A stretch of DNA of 35,887 bases from Thermodesulfobacteriota bacterium (GTDB lineage: Bacteria > Desulfobacterota > Binatia > DP-6). The notes under the pieces are model-generated. The model saw nothing but the letters and a program-made list of their open reading frames with translations. It was not told the origin of the DNA and made no database searches. Position numbers and translations under genes: made by a program. The stretch is taken from contig JBKPDC010000319.1 of the NCBI GenBank assembly GCA_046727715.1, positions 1-35,887 of the forward strand, written 5' to 3'. Of this stretch, positions 1-8,968 are shown piece by piece. Every line of letters starts with the position of its first letter. The first letter of the stretch is position 1.

Positions 1-1
1 C

Positions 2-1756
2 TCACGCCCCGCCCCCCACTCCCGCCGCCGCCACGTCCACCTCTCCGAACTGCAGCTCGTAGAGCTTCCGGTACTCCCGCCCGCGCGCGAGCAGCTCGTC
101 GTGCGTGCCGCTCTCGACGATCTCCCCGTGCGACACCACGACGATGCGGTCGGCGCGGCGCACGGTGGAGAGTCGGTGGGCGACCACGAGCGTGGTGCGG
201 TGGGCCATCAGGCGCTCGAGGGCCTCTTGCACGAGGCCTTCGGACTCGGTGTCGAGCGCCGAGGTGGCCTCGTCGAGGATCAGGATGGGAGCGTTCTTCA
301 GGATGGCGCGCGCGATCGCCAGCCGCTGGCGCTGGCCGCCGGAGAGCCGCACCCCGAGGTCGCCGATCGGGGTCTCATAGCCCTGCGGGAGCGCCGTGAT
401 GAAGTCGTGGGCGTTGGCGGCGCGCGCGGCGGCGACGATCGCGCCGGAATCGGCGCGGGCGTCGCCATAGGCGATGTTGGCGCGCACGGTGTCGTTGAAG
501 AGGAAGGTGAACTGCGCCACGACCGCGATGTGGGCCCGCAGGCTGCGCAGCGTGAGATCGCGCACGTCGATGCCGTCGATCGTGATCCGCCCGTGCGTCA
601 CGTCGTAGAGCCGAGGGATCAGGTCGGCGAGCGTGCTCTTGCCGCCACCGCTCATGCCGACGAGCGCGACCACCCGGCCCGCCGCGATGCGCAGGTCGAT
701 CCCGCGCAGCACCGGCTCTCCGGGCTCGTACTCGTAGCGCACGTCGTGGAACTCGATACCCTGCCGGACGCCGCGCAGCGCCACCGCGCCCGGGCGGTCG
801 ACGACGTGCGGGACCCTGTCGATCAGCGCGAAGACACGTTCGGCGCCCGCGATGCCCTGCTGGATCGTGTAGTTCGTGCGGACGAGCTTCTTGAACGGCT
901 CGAAGAGGAACGCAACCGTGGCGAGAAAGGCGAAGAAGCTGCCCTGCGTGCGGGTGCCCGCGATGACGCTGGCGCCGCCGTACCAGATGATGCCCGCGAC
1001 GGCGAGGCCGGCCAGCACCTCCGTCACCGGCAGCGACCGCACCCGGCTGCTGCGCATGAAGAGCTTGAAGATCTTCTCGTCCTGGTCGTGGAACCGCCGC
1101 GCCTCGTACGCCTCCTGGCCGAAGAGCTTGACGATGCGGTTGCCCTGGACGTTTTCGTGCAGCATGGCGGTGAGGCGGGCCGCGGCCTCCTGCTGGCGGC
1201 GGCTGTTCTGGCGCAGCTGCTTCGAGAACGCCCGCAGCGGCAGCGCTGCCACCGGAAACAGCACCACCGCCATCAGCGCCAGCACCCAGTCCATGTAGAA
1301 GGCGACGGCGACCAGACCGATGAGCGACGTCGTGTCCTGGAAGATCGACCGCACGGCGTCGGTGACCGAGCTGCGCACCAGCGTGACGTCGGCGGTGACG
1401 CGCGACACGATCTGGCCGGCGCGCTGCTTGTTGAAGAACGCCAGGTCGAGCCGCTGGAGATGGGTGGTCAGCTCGTTGCGCAGGTCGGTGACGATGCGCT
1501 GGCCCACCCAGTCGTTCAGGTAGCCCGCGACGAAGCCCACCCCGCCACGCAGCAGCGCCAGCGCGAGCGCGAGCCCCACCGCGAGCTGGAGATGCTCGGG
1601 CTGCTGGCGCGTGAACACCTGGTCGAACGTGAACTTGATCAGGAAGGGCACGCTGCTCTCGATGCCGCTGAAGGCCAGCATGAAGAGGACGGCGAGCACC
1701 ATGTGCGGCCACACGTAGGGCCGCAGATAGCGCAGCATGCGGCTGTAGGTGCTCAT
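2..1756 (-). CDS. msbA: Lipid A / lipid export ABC transporter, fused permease-ATPase (MsbA-like)
   Basis: 584 aa starting MSTYSRMLRYL (ATG 1756-1754) and ending at TGA 4-2. TM exporter domain followed by an NBD with Walker A GMSGGGKST, signature LSGGQRQR and Walker B ILILDEATSALD. The start overlaps the lpxB stop (ATGA). The upstream 292 codons of the 876-aa track ORF overlap lpxB off-frame and are not accepted. Confidence 0.85.
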   Translation of the reverse strand: MSTYSRMLRYLRPYVWPHMVLAVLFMLAFSGIESSVPFLIKFTFDQVFTRQQPEHLQLAVGLALALALLRGGVGFVAGYLNDWVGQRIVTDLRNELTTHLQRLDLAFFNKQRAGQIVSRVTADVTLVRSSVTDAVRSIFQDTTSLIGLVAVAFYMDWVLALMAVVLFPVAALPLRAFSKQLRQNSRRQQEAAARLTAMLHENVQGNRIVKLFGQEAYEARRFHDQDEKIFKLFMRSSRVRSLPVTEVLAGLAVAGIIWYGGASVIAGTRTQGSFFAFLATVAFLFEPFKKLVRTNYTIQQGIAGAERVFALIDRVPHVVDRPGAVALRGVRQGIEFHDVRYEYEPGEPVLRGIDLRIAAGRVVALVGMSGGGKSTLADLIPRLYDVTHGRITIDGIDVRDLTLRSLRAHIAVVAQFTFLFNDTVRANIAYGDARADSGAIVAAARAANAHDFITALPQGYETPIGDLGVRLSGGQRQRLAIARAILKNAPILILDEATSALDTESEGLVQEALERLMAHRTTLVVAHRLSTVRRADRIVVVSHGEIVESGTHDELLARGREYRKLYELQFGEVDVAAAGVGGGA

Positions 1757-2940
1757 CGCCGCTCCGCCGGCATCATCTCGACGGCGATCGCCGCCGCGCG
1801 ATCGGCGGCGCCGCCGCGCCCCAGGCGCTGCCGCACCTCCCTGAGGTCCGCCCGGATCGCTGCGTCGCGCGCCGGGTCGTCGAGAATCGCCCGCGCCGCG
1901 GCCGCGATCCGCGGGCCGGTGACGTCGCGCTGGAGGAGCTCGGGCACGACCTCGCGCCCGGCCACGATGTTCGGCATCCCCACGTGCGCGATGCCGCGGA
2001 CGAGCAGCCGGCCGAGCGCCCAGGTCACGGGCGACAGCCGGTAGACGATCACCATCGGGCACTCGAGCAACGCGCACTCGAGGGTCGCCGTGCCCGAGGT
2101 CACCAGCGCGAGGTCGGCGGCGGCCACCAGGTTGTAGAGATCGTCGGCGATCACGGGAACCGGCACGCCGGCGGCGCGGATCCGCGCCTCGACGTCGCCA
2201 CGGTCGAGCGTGTGCGCGAGGCCGAGCGCGAACTGGTAGTTGCCCTTGGTCGCGAGCTCGCGGACCGCGTCGAGCAGGCGCGGCAGGATGTAGTCGATCT
2301 CCTTGGCGCGGCTCCCGGGCAGGAGAACCACGGTGCGACGGGCGGAGTCGAGCCCGTGCAGGCGCAACGTCTCGTCGCGCCCGCGCGTGGCCTCGACGCG
2401 GTCGAGGAGTGGATGGCCGACGAACTCGACGCCCGGCAGCCAGGGCGCGTAGAGTCCGGGCTCGAAGGGGAAGACGACGGCGAGCCGGTCGACCAGCTGG
2501 GCGATCTTCCGGACCCGCCCCCGGCGCCAGGCCCAGACCTGGGGGCCGATGTAGTAGAGCACCGGCACGCCCGCCGCGCGCGCCACCCGCGCCAGACGCA
2601 GGTTGAACTCCGGGAAGTCGATCAGCACGCACAGGTCCGGCTTCACGGCGCGCAGGCGCCGGGCGAGCGTGCGATACACGCGCAGCAGCGTGCGCAGCCG
2701 TCCGACTCCCTCCACCACCCCGACCGTCGCCACCTCGCGCGCGTCGGCGACGGTGTGCATCCCGGCGGCGCGGAGGTGCTCACCCCCCAGGCCGAACACC
2801 TCGACGTCGGGCCGCCGCTGGCGGAGCGCCCGCAGTAGATCGGCGCCGTGCAGGTCGCCGGACGCCTCGCCGGCGACCAGCAGGACGCGGCGCGGCGCCG
2901 GAACGCGCACGGCCTGCGACGCTTCGCCGGAGTAGTTCAT
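1753..2940 (-). CDS. lpxB: Lipid-A-disaccharide synthase
   Basis: 395 aa. VLLVAGEASGDLHGADLL near the N-terminus, plus IDFPEFNLRLA and YYIGPQVWAWRRGR, are typical LpxB (GT19) blocks. ATGA overlaps at both ends. Confidence 0.9.
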   Translation of the reverse strand: MNYSGEASQAVRVPAPRRVLLVAGEASGDLHGADLLRALRQRRPDVEVFGLGGEHLRAAGMHTVADAREVATVGVVEGVGRLRTLLRVYRTLARRLRAVKPDLCVLIDFPEFNLRLARVARAAGVPVLYYIGPQVWAWRRGRVRKIAQLVDRLAVVFPFEPGLYAPWLPGVEFVGHPLLDRVEATRGRDETLRLHGLDSARRTVVLLPGSRAKEIDYILPRLLDAVRELATKGNYQFALGLAHTLDRGDVEARIRAAGVPVPVIADDLYNLVAAADLALVTSGTATLECALLECPMVIVYRLSPVTWALGRLLVRGIAHVGMPNIVAGREVVPELLQRDVTGPRIAAAARAILDDPARDAAIRADLREVRQRLGRGGAADRAAAIAVEMMPAERR

Positions 2941-3902
2941 CCGACTCGAGCGGCCTGCGCCGCGCGCACCTCGGTCTCGACGCTCTCCCGGATCACGTGG
3001 GCGACCTCGAGGGCGCGCAGGCCGTCCCAGCCGGTGACCGGCGGAGGCTGGCGCGCGCGCACGGCCTGCACGAAGGCCTCGATCTCCTCCTCGAGGGCGT
3101 CGCCCTCCCGCACCTCGAGATCCTCGAAGGTCAGCGACGGCTGGCCGGCGTCGTCCGGCTCGCGGCGGACCACGCGGCCGCGCCGCTCGTCGAAGTCGAT
3201 GGAGAAGTAGGCGTCGGGCTGGAAGATGCGCAGCTTCCGTTCGCGCCGCAGCGACACGCGGCTGGCGGTCAGGTTCGCGATGCAGCCGTTGGCGAAGCGC
3301 AGGCGGGCGTTGGCGATGTCGACCGACGGCGTCAGCACCGGGACGCCGACGGCCTCCACCGCGCGCACCGGCGATGTCACCATGGTGAGGATCAGATCGA
3401 GGTCATGGATCATCAGATCGAGGACGACGTCGACGTCGGTGCCGCGCTCGCCGAACTGCGCCAGCCGCTGGCACTCGATGAACCGCGGTTCGGTCACGCG
3501 CCCGCCGAGGGCGCGCATGGCGGGGTTGAAGCGCTCGAGGTGACCGACCTGCAGCACCCGGCCGCCCCGCACCGCCAGCTCGAGCAGCCCTTTGCCCTCC
3601 TCGACCGACGTGGTGAGCGGCTTCTCTACGAGGACGTCGACGCCGGCCTCGAGGAGATCGCGCGCGACCGCATAGTGGCGCGGCGTGGGGACGGCGACGC
3701 TGGCGCAGTCGATCCGGCCGCGCAGGCCTTGGTGGTCGGTCAGCACGGTCGCGCCGAGCACCTCCCCCACCGCCCGCGCCCGTGCCTCGTCGATGTCGAC
3801 GACCGCCACCAGCTCGACGCCCGGATGGGCCGCGTACTTCTCTGCGTGAAAGCGCCCCAGGTGGCCGACGCCCACCACCGCGGCCCGCAGCTTCGTCTTC
3901 AC
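2937..3902 (-). CDS. Gfo/Idh/MocA-family NAD(P)-dependent oxidoreductase embedded in the lpx cluster (GnnA-like candidate)
   Basis: GTG start (VKTKLRAAVVGVGHLGRFH Rossmann motif) and an EKPL motif (LVEKPLTTS). GTGA overlap with the lpxI stop and ATGA overlap with the lpxB start. No in-frame ATG lies nearer. The rest of the 446-aa track ORF overlaps lpxI. Confidence 0.8.
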   Translation of the reverse strand: MKTKLRAAVVGVGHLGRFHAEKYAAHPGVELVAVVDIDEARARAVGEVLGATVLTDHQGLRGRIDCASVAVPTPRHYAVARDLLEAGVDVLVEKPLTTSVEEGKGLLELAVRGGRVLQVGHLERFNPAMRALGGRVTEPRFIECQRLAQFGERGTDVDVVLDLMIHDLDLILTMVTSPVRAVEAVGVPVLTPSVDIANARLRFANGCIANLTASRVSLRRERKLRIFQPDAYFSIDFDERRGRVVRREPDDAGQPSLTFEDLEVREGDALEEEIEAFVQAVRARQPPPVTGWDGLRALEVAHVIRESVETEVRAAQAARVG

Positions 3903-4720
3903 GCGACGCCTCCCCTGCCGTTCACGGCGACCACCGCGATGCCGGCCGCGTCGGCGAGTGCGAGCATGTCCTGGCGGTCGAGGATGATCGTGCGGTACGC
4001 CTCGATCGCGAGCGCGCGCCCGCGCACCTCGGCGATGGTGCGAACCGTGTCCGGGCCCACCGCGGGCAGATCGAAGCGCAGATCCTGGGTCGGCTTGCAT
4101 GCCTTCACCACGACGATGTCGCCGTTCACGAGCTGTCCGGCGCGCCGAATGGTCGCATCCGTCCCCTCGATACCTTCCACCGCCACCACCGCGCTGCCCC
4201 GCACGACGACGCTCTGTCCGATGTCGAACTGTCCGATCACCTTGGCGGCGCGGAACCCGAAGTGGATGTCCGCCCACTCCTCGGGGGTGGGAGCCCGCGC
4301 CGACAGCACGCCCTCCTCCGGCACGATCTCCTGCAGGTAGAGCGTGGACTCGACGATGCGGATGCCCTCGCTTTCGAGCTCCTGGGCGAGCGCGCGCAGC
4401 AGGACGTCGTCCCGCAGCGTGCCGCAGCGGGCGACCACTGCCAGCGCGCGCGCGTCGGGCTTGAACTCGCGGAACAGTCGCGGCTTCGCGATACCCCCCA
4501 CCATGACGGCCCGGGTGATCCCGGCCTGCTTGAGGGCCTGGATGATGCCATCAAGCTGTCCGGCGTGCACCCAGGTGATGGCCTCCACGGCGGCGCTCAA
4601 TCCCTCGTCGGTCTCCCCGAGGTGTGCCACCGCGACGACCCCGACCCCGCGGCGGCGCGCCGTTTCGGCGAAGAGAACCGGGAATCGGCCGCTGCCCGCG
4701 ATGAGTCCGATCCGTTCCAT
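3899..4720 (-). CDS. lpxI: UDP-2,3-diacylglucosamine hydrolase LpxI (DUF1009 family)
   Basis: 273 aa from MERIGLIAGSGRFPVLFAE (ATG 4720). Length and blocks (VMVGGI, FDIGQSVVV, EGIEGTDATIRRAG) fit LpxI. It sits in the classic position between lpxA and lpxB. Confidence 0.85.
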   Translation of the reverse strand: MERIGLIAGSGRFPVLFAETARRRGVGVVAVAHLGETDEGLSAAVEAITWVHAGQLDGIIQALKQAGITRAVMVGGIAKPRLFREFKPDARALAVVARCGTLRDDVLLRALAQELESEGIRIVESTLYLQEIVPEEGVLSARAPTPEEWADIHFGFRAAKVIGQFDIGQSVVVRGSAVVAVEGIEGTDATIRRAGQLVNGDIVVVKACKPTQDLRFDLPAVGPDTVRTIAEVRGRALAIEAYRTIILDRQDMLALADAAGIAVVAVNGRGGVA

Positions 4721-4724
4721 GCCC

Positions 4725-5906
4725 CTACCGGCAGACGCCCCGCTGCGACGCGGCGATGAAGTCGAGCAGGCGTCGCACTTCCGGCACGTCACCGAGCTCG
4801 GCGCTGACCTGCGCGACGTGCTCGCGCCGGCTGCCGCCGCTGTGGAAGATCAGGCGATAGGCCCGGCGGAGCGCGCGGATCGTCGCCGTCGAGAACCCGC
4901 GGCGCCTGAGCCCGATGACGTTCAGGCCGAACAGCCGTGCCCGGTCCCCCGCCACCGTGCAGTACGGCGGGACGTCCTTCGACACCATCGCACCTGCGGC
5001 GCAGAGCGACGACTCGCCCACGCGTACGAACTGATGCACGCCGGCGAGCCCCCCCACGATGGCGTGGCTCTCCACCGTCACGTGGCCGGCCAGCGCCACG
5101 CCGTTGGACAGGATCACGGAATCGCCGAGCCTGCAGTCGTGTGCGATGTGCGACGAGACCATGAACAGGCAGCCGCTGCCGACTACAGTCTCCATCCCGC
5201 CGCCCTGCGTGCCGGGATTGATCGAGACGTACTCGCGCACGATGTTGGCGTCCCCGAGAGCCAGGGTGCTGGGCTCGCCGCGATACTTGAGGTCCTGCGG
5301 CCGGCTCCCGACGCTGGCGAAGGGGAAGACGCGGTTGCGCTCCCCGAGCGTGGTGCGTCCGTCCACGACGGCGTGCGCGCCGATCCAGCTGTCGGCCCCG
5401 ATCCGCACGTCGGGCCCGATGACGGCGTACGGGCCGACCTGCACGCCGTCGTCCAGCTCGGCGCGTGACGAGACCACGGCCGCCGGGTGGATGCGTGGTC
5501 CGGCGGACCCGGCGAGGTCGAACTCGACCTCCGCCACGACCGCTTCCCCCAGTGCCACGAAGCCCCGGAATCGCCACGCCGGGGGCCCGGCCACGGTGGC
5601 GACCTCGAGCCGCAGCGCGTCGCCGGGCCCGACGGGGCGCCGGAAGCGGGCGCGGTGCACCCCGCCGAGCGCGAGGGCCTCCTCGGGTCCCGCGACGGCC
5701 GCACCGAGCTGTGCCAGCGCCTCGCACAGGAGCACCCCCGGCACCACGGGCACGCCGGGAAAGTGCCCCGCGAAGTAGGGCTCATTGGCGCTGACGAGCT
5801 TCGCCCCCACGGCCCGCACGCCGGGCTCGAGCTCAAGGACCCGATCGAGCAGGGGGTACGGGAACCTCGTGGGTTCGTCGTGCGGTCGTTGCCAGCCCGT
5901 GTGGAT
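4725..5906 (-). CDS. fabZ-lpxA: Fused 3-hydroxyacyl-ACP dehydratase FabZ / UDP-GlcNAc acyltransferase LpxA (single ORF)
   Basis: N-terminal hot-dog domain ([36 protein letters not shown]), linker LAGSAGP, then a complete LpxA (RIHPAAVV..., hexapeptide repeats, [16 protein letters not shown]). There is no stop and no canonical start at the junction. The first canonical start is GTG 5819 (track ORF 4725..5819), but the conserved FabZ N-terminus is encoded upstream of it. I place the start at ATC 5906-5904; see findings. Confidence 0.75.
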   Translation of the reverse strand: MHTGWQRPHDEPTRFPYPLLDRVLELEPGVRAVGAKLVSANEPYFAGHFPGVPVVPGVLLCEALAQLGAAVAGPEEALALGGVHRARFRRPVGPGDALRLEVATVAGPPAWRFRGFVALGEAVVAEVEFDLAGSAGPRIHPAAVVSSRAELDDGVQVGPYAVIGPDVRIGADSWIGAHAVVDGRTTLGERNRVFPFASVGSRPQDLKYRGEPSTLALGDANIVREYVSINPGTQGGGMETVVGSGCLFMVSSHIAHDCRLGDSVILSNGVALAGHVTVESHAIVGGLAGVHQFVRVGESSLCAAGAMVSKDVPPYCTVAGDRARLFGLNVIGLRRRGFSTATIRALRRAYRLIFHSGGSRREHVAQVSAELGDVPEVRRLLDFIAASQRGVCR

Positions 5907-5912
5907 GAGCGC

Positions 5913-6497
5913 CTACTCCTTCGGGACGACGCTGGTCGGCGGCGGGGTCTTCCCGCCGGACCGCCCCCCGCTGGTGTTGTGGATCTTCACGATGGCGTCG
6001 GTGATGTCCAGCGCCTTGTCGGCGTACAATAATCCGCTGTTCGCCTCCAGGACGAGGGTGTAGCCCTGCTGGCGGCCGTAGTCGTTCACGATGCCATAGA
6101 GCTGCTCCACGATGCCCGAGGTGAGCTCGGCGTCGGTGCGCTTCAGGTCACGCTGCAGGTCCTCGTACTTGCGCTTGAAGTCGAGGGCCCGGTTCTCGAG
6201 CTCGCGCTCGCGGTTGCGCCGTTCGTCCTCCTTGAGCAGCAACGCCTTCTTCTCGAACTCGTCGCGTGCCTTGTCCAGGTCCTCGCGCTCCTTCTTCAAG
6301 TCGAGCTGCGCCTTCTCGAACTTGCCCTTCACCGAGTCTTTGGCCTTCTTGCCGGCGTCGCATTCGTTGAGAGCCCGCTGCATGTCGACCACCGCGACGC
6401 GCAGTTGCGCCTGCGCCACCGCTGCGAGCGCCAGCCAGGCAGCGCCGCACGCCCCGAGCACACGCCCCGCGCGGCGCGTCGTCGAACGATGACCCAT
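5913..6497 (-). CDS. skp: Periplasmic chaperone Skp/OmpH
   Basis: 194 aa from MGHRSTTRRAGRVLGACGAAWLALAAVAQA (signal peptide), followed by a K/E/R/D-rich coiled-coil body. GGAGGA lies 7 nt upstream of the ATG. It sits directly downstream of bamA. Confidence 0.85.
   Translation of the reverse strand: MGHRSTTRRAGRVLGACGAAWLALAAVAQAQLRVAVVDMQRALNECDAGKKAKDSVKGKFEKAQLDLKKEREDLDKARDEFEKKALLLKEDERRNRERELENRALDFKRKYEDLQRDLKRTDAELTSGIVEQLYGIVNDYGRQQGYTLVLEANSGLLYADKALDITDAIVKIHNTSGGRSGGKTPPPTSVVPKE
5916..5921 (-). promoter_or_regulatory. Shine-Dalgarno AAGGAG for fabZ-lpxA, embedded in the last two sense codons of skp
   Basis: The minus strand reads CCG AAG GAG TAG GCG CTC ATC CAC. The perfect AAGGAG is 9 nt from ATC and 6 nt from CTC. 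Confidence 0.5.
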
Positions 6498-6520
6498 GAA
6501 TCGTTCCTCCACGATCGAAA

Positions 6521-8968
6521 TCAGAACTGGAAAGGCCCGCCGAACGAGAACAGCACGAGCTGCTTCTGGTCGCCGGGCTTGGTGTTGAACGGGAACCCCA
6601 CTTCCACGCGCAGCGGCCCCAGCGGCGACAGCCACCGCATGCCGCCGCCGGCCGCGTAGCGCGCGTCGTCGATGAGGTCGTTCTGGTCGCCGCCGTACGC
6701 GTTGCCGGCGTCGAGGAACACGACACCCTTCAGCCCGATGCCCTGCACCAGAGGGAAGATCATCTCGTTGTTCAAGATGAGCTGCGAGGTGCCCCCAACC
6801 GGCGCGCTCGTGAACGGCTGCCCGCGGGTGTTCTTGCGGAACTGCCGCGGCCCCAGCGTGCGCGGCTCGAAGCCACGGATCGAGTTGATGCCGCCCGGGA
6901 AGTAGCGCTCGAAGAGCGGCAGCTCGTTGCCGTCGACGCCGGTGTCGCCGACACCGTACGCGCCCGCGGCGCCCAGCGAGTAGGTGAAATCGCCGAAGGT
7001 CTTCGAGCGCAGGAACGTGTAGTACCAGCGCGAACGTGCCTCCGCCTTGACGAAACGCTCGCCGCCGAGGCCGGCGAGCTCCACCGACAGGTCCTGCGCC
7101 GACCCCGCGGTGGGGTCGAAGTAGTGGTTCAGCGTATTGCGCGAGACACGCGGCGTGATGCTGCTGATCAGGCTCGTGCCCTCGGCTTCCCGGATGTCGA
7201 CCGGCGCATCGAACCCCACGTCGCTGATCTTGGCCTGCTCGATGCGGTAGTCGGCGCCGACGCGCACTTCGTCCAGGGGAATCCCCCACAGCGACTCCCA
7301 GCCGAACGCAGTCACCGGATAGGTGACCTGGAAGCTGCCGCCCGTGCCGGTGCGGTCGAAGTCCTCGAAGGCCAGGCGCCAGCTGAAGGCGTCGAACCCG
7401 ACGGTGAGCGGGGTGCCGCGGAAGTACGGCTCCGTGAAGGAGAGGATGATGTTGCGGCGGATGGACCCGATGTCGACGTTGGCGACCAGGCGCTGCCCGC
7501 GACCGAAGAGGTTGTTCTCCTGGATGCGTACGTTGAAGAGCAGGTTGTCGGCCGAGCTGAAGCCCGCCCCGGCACTGAACGACCCGGTCTGCGCCTCCTT
7601 CACGTCCACGACCACGTCCATGCGGTCCTCCGCGACGGGACTCTTGCGGGTCGTGACGTTGACTTCCTGGAAGAAGCCGACACGCTGGAGGGCCTCCCGG
7701 CTCTTGCGCAGCTTGGTGGCGGAGAAGAGCTCCTGCTCCTGGAGCCGCATCTCGCGCCGCACGACGTAGTCGCGGGTCTTCGAGTTGCCGGTCACCTCGA
7801 TGCGATCGACCGTGACCGGACTGCCGCGTTCCACCTGGAAGGTGACGTTGACCACCTTGTCCTCGGGGTCGACCTCGGTGGCCGGGTCGATGTTCGCGAA
7901 GGCGAAGCCGCCCTCGGACAGCCGTTCGGTGAGCCGCTGGACGTCGTCACGCAGGGCGCTCGCGCTGAATACCTCGCCGGGCTTGGTCGCCATGTCAGGA
8001 GGCAGGCGCGTTTCCTCCTCGGGAAGCCCGGGGCCGGCGATCTCGACCTTGCCGATGTTGAACTGCGGGCCCTCGTCGATCTTGATGACCACGACCAGCC
8101 CGTCTTCCCGCCGCTCCACCTTCGGCTCGTCGATCCGCGCGGTCACGTAGCCATTGTCGTAGTACCACGCGGTGAGGCGCTCGACGTCGGTGCGCAGGAC
8201 GTCCTTGTTCAGGTTGCCCGCTCCCGTGATGGGCGTCAGGATCCACGCCTCCTTGGTCTGGAGCAGGCCGCGCAGCTTGCGGCTCGAGAAGGCCTCGTTG
8301 CCGACGAACTCGATGTCCTTCACGCGCACGGGCGACGACTCGGTCACCGTGTAGCGCACGTCCACCTCGTTCTCGCCCACCGGCACGGTGTCGTAGGTGA
8401 TCTTGGCGTCGAGATACCCCTTGTCGGCGTAGAGCTTGCGCGCCCCCTCGATGCCCTGACGCGCCTTCTCCGGGTCGAGGATGGTGTGCGGGCGCACGCG
8501 CAGCGCGCCCTCGATCTCTTCCTTCTTGAGTTTCTCGTTGCCCTCGACCGTGACGTTGCGTACGAGCGGCCGCTCCGTGACCTGGAAGGTGACCGTGACA
8601 CCGCCTTTGCGATCGGGGGTCACCTCGGCATTCACCTGATCGAAGAACCCCATGGCATAGATCGACTTGATGTCCTGGTCGACCGCCGTCCGGTCGAACG
8701 GACGGCCTTCCTGCGTCTGGAGGTGCACGCGAACCGCGTCCTCCTCGACCCGGATGTTGCCCTCAATACGGACGTGCGAAACCGTCTGCCCGGCCTGCCC
8801 CGTGTCGAGCACGTCGGCGAAGAGCGAGCGCCCGCTGCCGCGCTCCGGTGCCTCGGGCGCGGCCTGCGCCGGCACCCGGGAGGCAATGAGCATGAGCACG
8901 CCGAGCAACATCACCACCCACGGTCCCACGCGACCTCCTGCGACCACCTCTGTTCCCGCCACCCTCAT
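6521..8968 (-). CDS. bamA: Outer membrane protein assembly factor BamA
   Basis: 815 aa. Signal peptide (VVMLLGVLMLIASRVPAQA), repeated POTRA-type segments (VRIEGNIRVEEDAVR..., VTVEGNEKLKKEEI..., IEFVGNEAFS..., IEVTGNSKTRD...), and a C-terminal Omp85 barrel ending in FGGPFQF. ATGA overlap with the lolD stop. Confidence 0.9.
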   Translation of the reverse strand: MRVAGTEVVAGGRVGPWVVMLLGVLMLIASRVPAQAAPEAPERGSGRSLFADVLDTGQAGQTVSHVRIEGNIRVEEDAVRVHLQTQEGRPFDRTAVDQDIKSIYAMGFFDQVNAEVTPDRKGGVTVTFQVTERPLVRNVTVEGNEKLKKEEIEGALRVRPHTILDPEKARQGIEGARKLYADKGYLDAKITYDTVPVGENEVDVRYTVTESSPVRVKDIEFVGNEAFSSRKLRGLLQTKEAWILTPITGAGNLNKDVLRTDVERLTAWYYDNGYVTARIDEPKVERREDGLVVVIKIDEGPQFNIGKVEIAGPGLPEEETRLPPDMATKPGEVFSASALRDDVQRLTERLSEGGFAFANIDPATEVDPEDKVVNVTFQVERGSPVTVDRIEVTGNSKTRDYVVRREMRLQEQELFSATKLRKSREALQRVGFFQEVNVTTRKSPVAEDRMDVVVDVKEAQTGSFSAGAGFSSADNLLFNVRIQENNLFGRGQRLVANVDIGSIRRNIILSFTEPYFRGTPLTVGFDAFSWRLAFEDFDRTGTGGSFQVTYPVTAFGWESLWGIPLDEVRVGADYRIEQAKISDVGFDAPVDIREAEGTSLISSITPRVSRNTLNHYFDPTAGSAQDLSVELAGLGGERFVKAEARSRWYYTFLRSKTFGDFTYSLGAAGAYGVGDTGVDGNELPLFERYFPGGINSIRGFEPRTLGPRQFRKNTRGQPFTSAPVGGTSQLILNNEMIFPLVQGIGLKGVVFLDAGNAYGGDQNDLIDDARYAAGGGMRWLSPLGPLRVEVGFPFNTKPGDQKQLVLFSFGGPFQF

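Noticed and set aside
101-2044. A 647-aa plus-strand ORF antisense to msbA/lpxB. Similar long antisense or off-frame ORFs include 2997..4340, 7124..9391, 9067..11097, 11112..12716, 13061..14821, 27593..28894 and 32430..34325.
   Set aside because: Their translations are dominated by Arg, Ala, Gly, Pro, Asp and His and carry no recognisable motifs. Each mirrors a gene with strong family signatures on the other strand or frame. This is the expected stop-poor artefact of DNA at about 70% GC.
5913-5915. The skp TAG is in frame with fabZ-lpxA, which raises the possibility of stop-codon read-through giving a Skp-FabZ-LpxA polyprotein.
   Set aside because: Skp carries a signal peptide and acts in the periplasm, while FabZ and LpxA are cytoplasmic. 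A perfect SD placed right before the TAG argues for independent re-initiation instead.
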